From Rhizodiscina lignyota (lineage: Eukaryota), in NCBI GenBank assembly GCA_010015805.1, contig ML978124.1, forward strand, positions 124,001 to 188,000: a stretch of 64,000 nucleotides of DNA, written 5' to 3'. The translations under genes were made by a program, and so were the position numbers. Of the stretch, positions 50,523 to 64,000 are shown piece by piece; the stretch's first letter is position 1; each line of letters opens with the position of its first letter. The notes beneath the pieces were generated by a model, which was not told the origin of the DNA, ran no database searches, and saw nothing but the letters and a program-made list of their open reading frames with translations.

Positions 50523-52608
50523 ATGAGATTGTCGTCGGTCTCTACCTCCGTCCTCCTTGGCGTCTCCGCCCAAACCGTCGCGGCATATCGCAACCATGAT
50601 GTGACCGTTGGTAAGGGTGGAATGCTTGTATACGACCCGGAGAGCATCTCTGCGCACAAGGGCGATACTGTAACATATCACTTCTTCGCGAAGAATCACT
50701 CCGTCACTCAATCCTCGTTTGACGATCCGTGTCACCCGCTGCCCGGCGGCTTTTTCTCAGCATTTACGCCAAATCCATCACCCGACACAGCATCTCCGAC
50801 GACTTTCCAAATCAAAGTTAATGACACAAAACCGATATGGGTGTATTGCTCACAGACAAATGGCAATCATTGTCAAAAAGGAATGGTGCACTCTATCAAT
50901 GCGTAAGTAGCGAGATCCCAATTCATCTTGGCAGATAGTCTAACTTGAAGCAGTCCGCTCGTTGGCAACACAATCGGCGCATTCAAGAACAAAGCTGCCA
51001 AAGCGTCCATTAGCACTTCTCCGTCAAATGACCCACCAGGTGGTGTGCCTGTTGGCGGACTCCGCAAAATTCACATTGAAGTTGGCCCAGCCGGAAATTT
51101 GACATACAGCCCCAACAACATCACTGAGCCGCCAGGGACTGTCCTCGAGTTTGCTTACAACCCAAAGGTATGGCAGTCAGAACATTCAGTTCTGTTTGAA
51201 GAGATCACTGACAGTTACAGAACCACTCCGTTGTTCAGTCTTCTTTCGCAGACCCTTGCCATCCTTTGGCTGCAGATGGTTTCTCGAGTGGCTTGATCCC
51301 AACGCAAGTTTCTCCATCTGGAGCAATCTTTGACGTTGTAGTGAACGATACCAAGCCCATCTGGTTCTACTGTGCCCAGACTACGAAGGATCATTGCCAG
51401 AGCGGAATGGTGGGCAGCGTCAATGCGTAAGTTGATCCCCACAGCGCTTGAGATTTAGCTAATTTGTCTGCAGTCCGGTGGTTGGCAATACGCTAGAGAA
51501 ATTCATAGGTCTTGCGAAGAAGGCTTCAACCAGCACCATTCCTCCGGAAGCTCCAATTGGTGGTATCTTCATTGCCAATGGCACTGTCATCAAGAGCTTC
51601 GGTGGCGATGTCTTCGACAATAATATGGGCATGGACGAGGGTAGCTATTCCAACGTACCACCTCCCGGAACCAAGATGTCGCCTTACTGGACCAGCATGG
51701 CCGGTGGCTCAGAGCCTAGCAACTACCACTGGCCGTCGACCATTTCGAACGAGGCGACGGAATTCCTGCAGCTCCTGGAGTTCGTGGACAACGTTCTTCT
51801 CGAACTTCTCATGGGCGGTTACAAGAACTTGACAAATGGACCATGGGACCACCTCTATCCGAAATCCATCACCGACACAATCCAGTCCATGACTGCTCAG
51901 GCGATGGTTCACCGCAAGACATACACCGACTCTCTCCAGCATTACAAGAAGGAAATCATCAACCCTTGCAGATACTCCTGGCCCATTCAGCACGTGAACG
52001 ATTTCGTCCAAGTCACGCTCGTCGTCCTGCTCCTCCAAATTGGCATTCTGCTTGATATCAGCGCAACTGTTGGCCCCAGCGACTCGTGGCTGATCCCTGC
52101 ACTTGGCGTCAATATGGGTTCCAAAGCCCGTATGACCGGCGTCCTCAATATGATCCAGGACCACACGGCATCTTCGGCGCCTCGCGAAGTCATGCTGCCA
52201 TCTGAGCTGGTGTACTCATACATCATGGACCACTATGTCGTGCCGGGCTCTTGCCCAGACAAGCTTGCCTGGGAGACTCAGCTGCCTAGGCTCGTCATTG
52301 CAGCTACGGCCACGGACATAGGCAAGCGCATTACCGAAATCACTATCACTATCACGGTCGAATCGACCAAGGACCTGCACGTTGCGTGGATTGGACCCTG
52401 GGGCGGTCTGGTTTACTCGCCTTTGGAGTCTAAGGGCTCCGGACATTGGTCTGCGAGTGTACCGAGCAGCCTTTATGGCCACGTTTGGGCTGTGGTGGTT
52501 ACTGGCCAGGACTACAAACTGCAGGAGATTTCGAAATACTCGTTGACAAGCCCAGAGGTTATCTGGGTCACGGACGTTCAGCAGATGGGTTCTAAGAAGA
52601 AGGCTTAG
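50523..52608 (+). CDS. Secreted protein with two cupredoxin domains and a C-terminal Rds1/ferritin-like domain, 4 exons
   Basis: Signal peptide. Two copies of KNHSV.QSSF.DPC..VNDTKPIW.YC.Q...HCQ.GMV..NA. Introns 50903-50953, 51168-51220 and 51427-51473. Confidence 0.88.
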
Positions 52609-52857
52609 AGCAGTCTAATGGGACTTTCATCTCATTAATACAGGTTCGGGATGTAGCGCGGTGTTCTGGGGAACGGGTTGAAGGGTTGGTATACTCTGCA
52701 TTGTTCCCTTGATTGAGGTCCCTTGTATGTTCATAGTGTGCGTCGAGATACCATCATTGGTAATTTTCGTCTCTGGGTTCGCATTACAGACTTCCTTAGA
52801 TAATGTCAATGCGGTGTTGAAATCTTTCAGCCTTCCGTGCTCTCAATATCGTCCACA

Positions 52858-54247
52858 CTATTCGCATTCCTTCCACCAGCCATAGGTTGTCTTCGGTATT
52901 CGGTCGACCATATGTGTCATAGACGTGAGAGCACCTGTCCCATCACCGTTATTCGTTACTGTTGTCACGGTCCCAACGCTGGAAAATCTGTCAACAACGC
53001 TTTCTGTTCCTGTCGCAAATTGTGTCATTGAACGATCAAGGCTAGCCATTGTGGAGCCGTGGTTGCCGTGGGCCGAGACCTGGAATCTTTGGTGGAACAT
53101 AAGTGGTCTAAGCGATGGAATGCAGCCGCAAATGACACCCAGATTGACTTCGACGGCTGTCCAGATCCACAAACAGAAGCCATTCCAGGTCACATCGTAC
53201 GTCTCGTACACGACGTAGTGCGTCCAGTATATCCGCATGATCCCAGCAACGATAACAACGCCTCCAATCCCGAAGAGTATCATCAGTGCATTGCGCTGGA
53301 AAAGTGGAAGCCCCAGACTGTACAGTGTCGGCATTGGGAGAATGTAGACGAGGACGTCGGTGAGAACTGTGATTATACTTTGCGCCATCAGCGGAGGCCC
53401 TTCCGAAATGCAGTCGCGGTTCATCCTGTACAGGTCCCAGTAGCTGCTGCTCGGTCTTAGAGTACGCGTAAGTTGGGGCTCTACAATGCTTGTCTTGATG
53501 AAACGAAGCAAGCCCGAACTTACCTGCATTGGGTCCACAGAACTACTGAATATATCATGATGCAAGCCACTACTAAGCCCAGTGAGGCGTAAATCAGGTG
53601 GCGGAAGAGGGAGCGGTCAGGGGCGAATCGAAGATAGCTCAGCAGAATTGATGCCTTTGCAAGTCCGGACGCGAAAGAGAATAGAGTCTGGCCAACCAGC
53701 GATGCCTATAAACGGAGATAGCTCAGCAACGTACATATTCGACGCCAAGCAAAAAAGATACTAGCTGCAGCATGTATTGCTGCAAGCACTGCAGAAGCGG
53801 AACTGCAAAACTTACCTGTCGGCCTTTAATGATTTTCACGGCTGTCAAATCCCATACATGCGTGTCCCAGCCGTACAATTGGTCCGCTACATGAACCAAA
53901 GTAAGATGACAAAGCTGGCAGGGCAGCAATGTACATTTCGAGTGACTTGCCTAAGATAATGTCGACTGTCACGCCGACCGTAAAGAGCTATTGTATCACT
54001 ATTAGCTATCCAGGCTCCGCGTGAAGCGGTCCTGTTCCTCTCTTACTGCCGCAGCAACCATGAGCTAATCATCCCACCAGCTTCGGTGCAGCCACCTGAT
54101 TCGCACATATACTCGTAACGCGACGCATACGATAGCTAGCGACATGAAGATGAGCGCCACCACTAGGAGTGCGGGTCCGCGGGTTTGGGGGTGCACATAA
54201 TTTGGCTTTGGCCATGTCGCGATGACTGCGGGCGGAGGAAATCTCAT
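52858..54247 (-). CDS. PTH11-like (fungal rhodopsin-domain) integral membrane protein without CFEM, multi-exon
   Basis: WPKPNYVHP.TRG, ALRVYVR..WWDD, YGWDTHVWDL, TDVLVYILPMP, WTAVEVNLGVICGCIPSLRPL. Confidence 0.88.
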
Positions 54248-55891
54248 TGTGTCGATGGTTCAGCCCTATCTTTCAAGTACCGATCCGCAGGAGTATGACT
54301 TGTTGACAATTGGGACGTGCTGCGCAAGAGTCAAGGAGCGAACATTGAAGATGTCGATACGGATTAGGATAAAGGTTGCGGTTGACGCGTCTCCTTCCAA
54401 TATGCCTCGGGACGGCAAGTACGCGTTCACGTGCGCCGAATGAAGCAGCAACTCAATGCACATCGAAGATAGCTACCTATACCCGTTCACTGGTAAAGGT
54501 CTCTGGCGGCTGGCCCTTTTTAAATAATAATAAAAAAGAACGATTAATTGCGTTGGATCGATAACGCTTCCTGCACTCAGCCGAGCGATAGCCTCAGTGG
54601 CGTACATCGAGTCACTTCGAGAACGTGCACGGCATGCTTCATCTCATCAAGTAATGGGATTGTTGCAAGGCCCTTTGTATCACTGCTGATACTCCCTTTA
54701 GATTGCGTGCTTCCCTTATGCTCTTTCTTACAATAATCAAACCCTCAGCTTCCATTTCATCTTCCAAGTACGTTGCGACAGAGCGAGCGTCGTTGCAACA
54801 CTCCGTCAAACAAAATATTGGGTTTCTTAGGCCTCACAAAAAATTGCCACGGTTGGCAAAATGGTGTGACACCCAAGCTCATGCCGCTAACATGCTCCAG
54901 AGCTGATCCATTCTGATAGAGCTTCAATTACGAAAGGACCGGCTTCCTCAGCTCTTGCAAATTCACTCCAGTTGCATAGAGTATGAAATCTTCCATTTCT
55001 TTACTCCGTTTTGCATTTCAAAATATTCTCGTCGCCGTACCCACACGCTTTTCGAGTGGGGAATAGAAGCACAGACGACTTTTATCGCACTTCCTGCTGC
55101 GTCGCTTGAATGCCAGCGTACTTCCTTTCGATGAGATTGACTACCAGAGACAGTAGATGGGACAGTATCTTCTCACAGTGCAGAGCGGCAACTGCCACAA
55201 GGAGAGAATCTGGGATTGTCCCCGCGAATATGACAACAGATTGACGCCTCGAGCAATTACCCCTCGTCGCCACCCGTGCTGTGCAGCGTAGTACACATGA
55301 ATCGTCTTAGCCATGAGTCGCTTCGGCCGCACTTGGTTTCTGGTTCCCTTGTCATTGCAGCTCCAGTCTGAACTCATATGTACGATAGAAGGTGTAAAGA
55401 GGAGAACTGCACCTTTTCCGAAATGTTGTTAATCATCGTCGTTCTCTGTGTCTCCTTTTCCGTATACAAATTCGGCTAGCGCGATCTCCTCACAACGAAA
55501 TCTGCCGACCTCCACCTCCACCTTTCTTCTCCTCTACTTCCAATTCCTTGTTTCACCAACTTGTACAACCGAAATCCCTTGGCCGGGGAGAACGCCGCCT
55601 AGAATTAAATTATTAATGTAGCTTTCCTGAGCATCAAGCGGGGAAGCCAGGGAAAATAGCCCTTTATTCATCTAGACCTACTGGTTGTTCAACATGGCCC
55701 ATGCAGGTACCTAACGCTTTGCGTAGTTCGCGGGGTTAAAGACGTCACAATGTCTCTTTCTCTGAGAGTACATTTATATGCTTGGCCGCGAACATCTGCT
55801 TGGTATTTCTTATTCCAGCCCTCTTGGACCAGTTATTTGTCACAAGGTGCGTGATCGTACCAATCAACAGATTTCATCGCAGTCTGGCAAA

Positions 55892-57001
55892 ATGATGTTT
55901 CGATTCCTTCTGCCAATTGGCATCTTCATGTTGGCCAATGCCGCCGCTCAATACTTACAAATCAAAAATGAATTGACACTTGAGACACCGTGCAATGGAG
56001 TTAGCACGCTACCAGATGGGCGCCTTTTCATCTTGTACGCTCGTGTGGATGGCTCCCATGGTCCGACTGTTCTGGAGTGGAAGAACGGCAAAGGCGTGCC
56101 TTACCCAAACCTGGAGTGGAACTCATACTCCACGGACATGAAGCTGGACCCAGCCTCGCATTTTGTACGAATCAACTCTATTCGAAATGGCCCAGATGGT
56201 TCGCTCTGGATTGTCGACACTGGTTCTCCGAGTTTTGGGGCAGATGTCATCCTTCCTGAGGGACCGAAGCTGATCAAGATCAACACCAAAACAAATAAAG
56301 TATCGCGCATCTACCCAATGGGCAACGTGACGCGCTACAACAGTCTACTGGATGACGTTCGCTTTCACGATGCTGCTGGAAAGGCCTACCTGACCGATGC
56401 CGGCTCACCTGCTCTCATCGTGCTGGACCTGGCAAGTGGCGATGCTATTCGCGTGCTTGAAAATGATGTCTCAACTTCAGCTTCAATGCCCACTTCCGGA
56501 GAAGGCGTCCTAATGGGCAACATCAACGGGGGTTTGCAATACATTTATGCTGATCAGCTGGAAGTTTCGCCGGACGGCAAATGGTTCTATTATCAGCCCG
56601 CATCTGGCGGCATGCACAAGATTGAGACCAAGTATCTCAATAATGCCTTTTACAACTCCTCATTGGCCGGTATACTCTCTCAATACGTCGTCCCGCATGC
56701 TTTGACTCCGTCAACTGGCGGCACCGCAATTGATGCCGAGGGCAACATTTACGACAGCGACACAGACCGACAGGCCATCATGAAGATTGCGCCAAATGGT
56801 ACGATGACGACATTGATTCGAGACAGTCGCTTGCTGTGGGTCGATGCGATGTGGATCGACTCCAAGAAGCGCCTCTGGATGCCGGCGGCCCAGCTCAACC
56901 GTGGTGAGCCTTTCAATAAAGGAAAGAACCATATTAAGCCACCGCTTCACGTTTATTCAATGGACATTGGGGTTGGCCCGTCACCCATTGACCACGCTTG
57001 A
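55892..57001 (+). CDS. Yellow/major royal jelly protein family beta-propeller, secreted, intronless
   Basis: Signal peptide, PYPNLEWN, LWIVDTG.P, GPKL..I, LDDVRF, AYLTDAG, AD.LEVSPDG, GG.AIDAEGNIY, D.RLLWVD. Confidence 0.9.
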   Translation: MMFRFLLPIGIFMLANAAAQYLQIKNELTLETPCNGVSTLPDGRLFILYARVDGSHGPTVLEWKNGKGVPYPNLEWNSYSTDMKLDPASHFVRINSIRNGPDGSLWIVDTGSPSFGADVILPEGPKLIKINTKTNKVSRIYPMGNVTRYNSLLDDVRFHDAAGKAYLTDAGSPALIVLDLASGDAIRVLENDVSTSASMPTSGEGVLMGNINGGLQYIYADQLEVSPDGKWFYYQPASGGMHKIETKYLNNAFYNSSLAGILSQYVVPHALTPSTGGTAIDAEGNIYDSDTDRQAIMKIAPNGTMTTLIRDSRLLWVDAMWIDSKKRLWMPAAQLNRGEPFNKGKNHIKPPLHVYSMDIGVGPSPIDHA

Positions 57002-57251
57002 GCTGGTTGACAGTGGTCTCAAAGTTTCGGCGGCGGTGCTCGTATTCTGAACGACTGCACGAGACATGTATTTACTACTATTAGAGTAGTCCGCAACGCT
57101 AACGAACATTATTGAATGACCAATGGTATAGTTCGAACTTTCAGAATTGATCGTCTCCCTTTCACGTAGAACGCTTTCCTCAATATTAGTTGGTTGAATT
57201 CTTTGTCTGACTCCTGATTTTCTTCATGATCTGAATATTCTCACAAAACTT

Positions 57252-58066
57252 TCAGGCCTTCGTAAAATCAACATAACCCTTGCCGTCTATGAATGTGTAA
57301 TCCCATGGCCCTTGTTCCTTATTCTCAGCAAGCTCCACGTACATCTTTCCGGCGGCAAGACCGCCGACTGGGATCGTCGGACCTCCATCGGGCTGGCGTT
57401 CATCGACATAGTAGAACCTACGGGCTATTAATATGCTGACTAGGTTTTACAGGCATAACGAAATCAAGTGATGGTCGGACTCACTTGAATCCTTGTCCCT
57501 GGTATGCGACGCTCGCAAACTTTATCAATTGAGCGGCGGCACCTTTGGTCATCCCAAAGGTCAAGACACCAGGCAACACGATTACGTTCAATGCATTGCC
57601 AGTGAAGATGAATGTCTTGGATGCGGAGCTAGGAAGCTGCTTGAAGCCACTCACTGCTTCTTTAGCAGCGAAGAGGGGTGAAAATGTGTTGGTGGAGAAC
57701 TCGCGGTTAACTTCATCAAGGGATACCGAGGCAAGAGGATCTTTAGCATCGCGTGCAATCCTTTCGGCAGCTACAATACTAATTAGTAACCGGCGCAAGA
57801 GAGACTTTGAATTAGGATTCCGACGTACCGTTGTATACCACGACAGAAGGGATACCAAGCTGTTCTTTCACTTTTGCGAACGCCCCTTGAACTTGTGCAG
57901 GATTTGATAGATCGACCTGCAAACGGAGATACCCATCTTCCCCTACTCCATCTTGAACACTTCTAGAAGCAAGTGCAATCTTGTATCCTTTTGCAGCAAA
58001 AGCGTTCGCCACGGATAGACCGATCTTGGGCCCAGCACCGAGAATAAAAAGCACCGGAGCCGTCAT
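57252..58066 (-). CDS. Short-chain dehydrogenase/reductase, 3 exons
   Basis: ILGAGPKIG, ALASR, PSVVVYNA, FIFTGN, FYYVDER, GPW..TFI.GKGYV.F. Confidence 0.9.
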
Positions 58067-58912
58067 GATGCAATTACTTCTTCGAAAGTTGCAAATCAAT
58101 AGAGAGCTAATAGTACTCACCTCTTTATACTCTGATATAAATATTTCAATCTATACTTGCGTATTCGGCTGTTTGGAGACGCCGAACTGCGCGTGATTTG
58201 TGCGGCTTAGAAATGCCAAGCGGAATCATTACGAAGTTGGAAATGAAGCGTAAATTAGTCCGACTTCAATAGAAAAGTTGCCGATTGGTTAAATATGAAA
58301 GAGGCCACATCCAGGATGACGTGACTGTTGGTTCGAGTCGAAGGCTAATGGGCACTTCGTGAAAGCTTGCGAAGGTGACAAAGATGGCTAACCGCTAGGA
58401 TAGACCAGATAGAGCACGTCAGTGCGAGCAGCTCTCGCAAGCCGAGATTAGTGACCTTATCTCTGAAAGCTTAGTTCTATACTTCTCGGAGCGTATACGA
58501 TTATAACAAACCTTGAAAAACTTGAACACTTATCCATTGTAGAGGTTATTGATTATAGTCATTTGGTGTTTGAAAACTGCGGCCGAGTTGTGTCACTGTC
58601 AAAAAGGGATAGCGAAGTATTCATATGGTAGATCAACAAGGGAAGATTGAATGGAATGTTCACGATGAAGGTATGCAAAGCATAATACCTGAGTCTGAGA
58701 CAAGGAGAGGGGCGTAAATAGGCTCGTGTGAACACATGTCCTTCTCCCCAAAAACTGTGGAAGTGGCGAAAAGTTGGAGATATTTACACAGGTACAGTGC
58801 ACTGCACTCGGCTTCCAATGGGTGGTTCGGTGCCTCTAGCTTGCTTGGTTATGTCTCTGCAGTGTATTTGTCTTTCAATTTCTTTTGCAACAATAATCTG
58901 CCCGAAAACGGC

Positions 58913-60902
58913 CTACTGAGCATGATCCTCTCTCTGAAGCGGCCGGCTACTCCAAACCTCACGCCAGTCCTCAGTTTCCTCCGAAAATGGCCACAGGTGC
59001 TGGAAAACTTTCCAGGATGCTCCATTCAAACCACGATTACCCCATTTTTCTAGCATGATCTTTTCATGCTCACGCTGGCTTCTGTCGTAATTTTCGCGGG
59101 TTTCTATTGTCAGTTCGAACACATCAAGCTTGTTTTCATCAGTCTCGGATCGAGACAAGAAGAATGTCCGAGACAAGTTGTGGACAATAGTCATGAGATC
59201 TCCTGGGTGACTGTTTCCAAAGCCGCTTCCTCCGTGTGGTGTGACTCTGAGAGACTGGAGCTTGGGGTTATTTTCCGATATTATGTCCCAAATCGATCTG
59301 ACAAGTGTTTCGTCCACGGCGGAGTTTATGATGGCGCACTCGAGATGACCGTTTGCTAATCGCATTCCTGTGTCAGATCTCATCCTGTTAAACTCATCCC
59401 ACTCAGCCAGGGGTTGGCCTGGATTCTGCGCGTTGGTACAGTCAAGCTGTAAATTGACTTCTCTCAAGGTTCGGATTTTACCAAGAGCTTCATAGCACTC
59501 AGTTTCTTGCCTGTTTCCCATGGATCTTCTGATTGTGATTTTTATCTCACGGAGAATGTGACAAGTGTTCGCAATTGCTCCGAAGTCATCCTCGTTGAAC
59601 CTTAATGGCGGTCCAGCCATGCCGTATCCGTCTTCGTATGGAGTGAAGGACAGTTCGTGGAGAGCGCCACCATGCTGTTCACATATCTTCATCACAAGCT
59701 CTCGGTGAAGCGTGCCCCCAACTTTGAGAACCTTGAGAGGATTCAGCGCAACAAAAAAGCTCTCTGCTACATCTTTAAACGTTTCGTCGGTTTTTTGGCA
59801 TTCAAGAGTGATGCAGAGCTCCTCCAAAGATGCGAGTTGATTGTTGATCATCATGTCCCTGAGTATGGTAGAGTCAGACACGGAAAACTGCATTCGTTGA
59901 AGTGAGTTAAAGTGTATGTGCTTTTCCCATAGATCCAGCTTCTTTCGACTCAGTCGATCGTCATACGCGCAAAACGAAAGGGACAGTAAGTGGGCCTTTT
60001 TGAATATGTCGACAGGTGGTATGAAGCCTTTCCATTCACCTCGCGGAATATTGCGCGCTCGCTGTAATTGGGGTGAGGATGCTGGTCGGCATCCAAGTAT
60101 GCGTACATGCTTCAGATTTGGAGCAAGAGCGACCGTGCGAATGGCGGCATCTCCATTGAAATCGTCGACACCTCTGGAATCTCGGTATGTGCACTTAATG
60201 CTGAGGCTGTGAAGCAAAGGTGATTGTGCCAAAGCCAGCTCATCTGGGTCCGTAACCGGCTCGTTCAGACTCTTAAAACGGAATGAGCGTAAATGCACTT
60301 TGCACTCCGGATGATGCTGACTGACGGTGTCAAGTAACTGCGGCGGAAACTTGCTATCACAGTTATATATGAGATCACTCAGTCGTTGAAATTTGGGGAG
60401 GAGGTATATGAGAGGGTTCCACGCCTCCAAGGCATCCTCTCGATTATCGCTCTTCCCGTCCATGACGAAGACAGATTCGAAGGATGGGTTTAAGCTTTCG
60501 GCCGTGGAAAATGAATCATCGACAGAGTGGAATGGTTGATGAACCACACGTTGCCAAGAATCGTTATCGCCCACTGCGAGCATACGGCCGGTGAGTTCGA
60601 GTTGCCTTGCGTGTTGAAGGTACCTTTGGCACACCGCATTCTCCTCGAGCGCGGTGACATCGTTGCGAAGGCCTTCCGGAGATGAGATGGATAATGATAA
60701 GCCTCGATAGAGGAATGAAATCGCAATCTCATGGAAATTCCTATTCACACGATAGAGAGCCCGAATAGTCCTCGGTGAAACGGCCCATAGCTGAAAGCCC
60801 GGTCAGTATAAGATCACAAATGAAAGAGCAATTTCCACTTACATAGGAGCATATCACGAGGTGAATATCTGTAGGTAAGTCGTTCAATCGAAATGAAGAC
60901 AT
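58913..60902 (-). CDS. F-box-like/LRR-like protein, 2 exons
   Basis: N-terminus MSSFRLNDLPTDI..I..Y|L...L.RVNR.F..IA...LYR, then LxxLxL repeats. Confidence 0.7.
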
Positions 60903-61828
60903 GATGTTTTGACTTTTGACATTTCTCGAACTGTGGAGGGACTCAGCGAGTATTTAAATGGGGAATCCTGCTAGGCATCCACTGAGCTGAGACCAACGTG
61001 GCTGGGTGGTGACAAAAAAGTTGACCTGTTGCTACTCTTCAGGGAGTCGGGCCTTTAAGTGCGCTCACCCGAATGAAGAGGAAGGACATCGATCAAAGGC
61101 GGTATAATCGTAATAAACATTGCCTAAAGTATATCATGCTAAGCTTTCAGCAATGCCCTAGATTATACCGAAGAGCGAAACTGTTTTGGTCTACTAAGCG
61201 CACCGTGTCAGCGTCCATCGGGGCCAGCTATTTTGTCACACGAACTAGCCAGAGATTGAGCAAGAACGTTGATTGGTTCCTGCGAAGACATATCACGTGA
61301 GTATGCCAAATGTTGCGCTACGCCATATTTGTATTAGTCCCGATATCTCTCCAAGTTCGAATCTCACCAAGCACCCTTCACCTGGCTTCCATCTGAACTG
61401 AATCGCCCAATGACCCTGTCAAGACATCATTGCTTGCAGTTGCATACATGCCCTCAACCAGTACCACAATACCAGGCGATGCTAACTAATATAAGTTCGG
61501 ATAGCTCTTGAGCGGTCTCGAGACCCGCAGCGGAAAAATAGGCCACGGAGAAAATTTCATTTGTCCTCCGGCGGAGAATGTTCGACACAATTGGCTCCGG
61601 TTGATTTCCTCTTCGACGGTCTTGCATTGGTTCACGGCTATTTGCTGCTGTCTAACACTGCCAGGATTAATCGAGATGTGGGATATCATGGTCAGGTACC
61701 GGTTGCAGGTAACATTCCTGGTAATTGGGATACCTCCCGAGGTAGAGGTCCGCTTTTATGTCTCCCAACTCCCGTTCCACATCTGTCGACATCTGTCTGT
61801 GGCTCTCCGATAGTACCCCACCCTCGTA

Positions 61829-63703
61829 ATGATTTCTCGAATGTTTCTAAGGGCACTTTGCGTGTTGCTATACGCCAATGGAGTCGTTAGTGATAACTCA
61901 GCGGGCCATCCGCATCACAAGCCCACTCAGGCCTCTTCAAGCTTTTCGTATAGCACATTTACTTATGCGCCGATGACTTCGAACCGATATGCTACACCAT
62001 TGAAATCGCCACTTGCTATTCCAACGCCATGGGCGCCGGAGTTTAGCAAGGTATCATCGTTGCTAGATGCCCACATCACTTACACGACGTATTCATTAGC
62101 TTCGGAGGCTACTACACGTAATGATGGTCAATATGGTCAAAGCGCGTATGCGGCCTTTTGGGCTAGTCAGAATTGGACATATACAGATAGCCCGCCGTTT
62201 ACGACGACTGTTTCCCCAACGCCAGTACCTCGCAGCGAACTTGTCTTCCCGCCACCGCTTCCCGTTGAACCAGTCGACAAGAATGAGACAAATGGATTTA
62301 CTTTACCGTCCAACTTCGTCTGGGGTGTTGCGAGCAGCGCTTGGCAAATCGAAGGTGGGCTTCAGTTTGATGGAAGAGGTCCGTCTGTCGAAGACGGCAT
62401 CGGCACGAACCCGGGTGAGTGATCTCGAGGAAACATGAATACCCAGAGCTACACTAACCTTTTGCGCAACTCAGGGGCCAATGACTCAAATGTAGACGCG
62501 ATGTTCTATTACACTTACAAGCAGGACATAGAACGTCTAGCTGAAATCGGCATTCCATATCTGTGTTTCTCCATCCCATGGACTCGTATAGTCCCATTTG
62601 GAGTTAAGGGCTCTCCCATCAATACTCGGGCGCTGGATCATTACGATGATCTCGTTAATGAAGCTATCGCTCATGGCATCACTCCGATCATTACCATATT
62701 GCATTATGATCTTCCAGTTTCAGTCCCTTATAGCGATCCGAATTTCAGCGATCACTATCTGTATTACGCCAAGCAGATCATGACACGCTACGGAGATCGT
62801 GTTCCGTATTGGGTCTCCATCAATGAACCAAATTTGCAGCCCGTAGACAATTCGCTGACGAACATCCTGGTTGCGCATGCCGATCTGTATGATTGGTACA
62901 AGAACGAGCTCGGCGGAACCGGCCAGATCACTATGAAATTCGCCAACAATCTTGCGATCCCACTTGATGCCAACAATCCAGAAGATATCGCGGCATCATT
63001 ACGGTATCAGGACTTCAGCCTTGGCATCATGAATAATCCCTTGTTCCTGGGCGCGCAGATTCCAGATTCCGTTCTAAAGACACCAGGCATCCAGATCGAT
63101 CCAATCTCAAAGGTCAATCTTTCTCATATTCACGGCAAGATCGACTTCTTCAGCTTCGATCCATACAGCTCTCAATATGTGAGCGCGCCTCCGGGGGGCG
63201 TTGAAGCTTGTGCATCAAACTCCAGCAACCCGCTTTGGCCCACATGCGTTGTGACAACCAACGATGCGGCAAATGGATGGCTCATCGGAGACGCCAGCTC
63301 CGTAGGTTACAGCTTCATCGCGTCTCAATATCGACGGGCCCAGTTCAACTATGTCTGGAATACGTTCAAGCCCTCTGGAATATTGGTGGCCGAATTTGGA
63401 TTTCCAACAGAAGGAGACCAGTACAAGGCGCTTGATGCGCAGCGATACGACCTGGAGCGCACGGTATACTATCAGGACTTCTTGACTGAAATGCTAAGGG
63501 CTATACATGAGGATGGCGTCAATGTCATTGGTACGCTGGCTTGGGCTTTCATTGAGACCAATGAGTTTGGGACATTTGACAGCCACTACGGATTGCAGAC
63601 TGTCAATCATACCACATTTGAGCGAACATATAAAAGAAGTGCCTTTGATTATGTAGATTTCTTCCACCAGCACGCTGAGAAGTCTGCGTCGGGCTATGCC
63701 TAA
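61829..63703 (+). CDS. Secreted glycoside hydrolase family 1 beta-glucosidase with a Ser/Thr/Pro-rich N-terminal extension
   Basis: FVWGVASSAWQIEGG, FSIPWTRI.P, acid/base INEP, nucleophile AEFG. Intron 62415-62474. Confidence 0.94.
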
Positions 63704-64000
63704 AATTTCAATGTAGACAGCTCCCGCCATAGCTTCAAACCACCGCTTCGGCTCCCTTGTCAGCATGTCGCACTCACAGCATCTTTATTAGAGTCCAAAT
63801 TTTGCTAAAGCTAGGAATTATTGCCGCAGTGGCACGGAGTATAACCCCGAGCATCCACTTCCGATTCTGCTTCATCTGAGGCTCCACTTTCCACTTTAGC
63901 TAAGCGAGGTGGTCGTGTGAGAATTAGATCGCCTATCTAGAGGGTAAGCCTACTAATTCTGGGGCCTGCGCAATTTAACTGGTATAGATGTCTAATCGCC

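Noticed and set aside
58326..58345. GGTTCGAGTC T-loop-like motif
   Set aside because: Flanks do not pair into a T-stem; not a tRNA.

Overview
Eukaryotic window from a filamentous ascomycete (Pezizomycotina-type genes, short GT-AG introns with CTRAY branch sites, patches of RIP-like TA-rich DNA). About 25 protein-coding loci are supported. They include a cytochrome P450, a secreted Ser/Tyr/Pro repeat protein, an intronless Ccc2-type Cu-ATPase, a C2H2/C2HC zinc-finger gene, a sulfur-scavenging trio (TauD dioxygenase, MFS permease, arylsulfatase), a bZIP/aldo-keto reductase pair, three housekeeping genes, a HET-domain gene, NTF2-like, SUR7/PalI, tandem-cupredoxin, PTH11-like, yellow/MRJP, SDR, F-box-like and GH1 genes. 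The headline is a head-to-head candidate programmed-cell-death module at 28.2-34.3 kb. An intact 284-aa gasdermin-like gene faces a ~1540-aa CHAT (caspase-like) protease-NB-ARC-like NTPase-helical/TPR NLR gene. That gene is broken by two apparent frameshifts, one of them an extra AT in an (AT)4 run just upstream of the catalytic dyad. All family calls come from motif recognition by eye; no searches were run.
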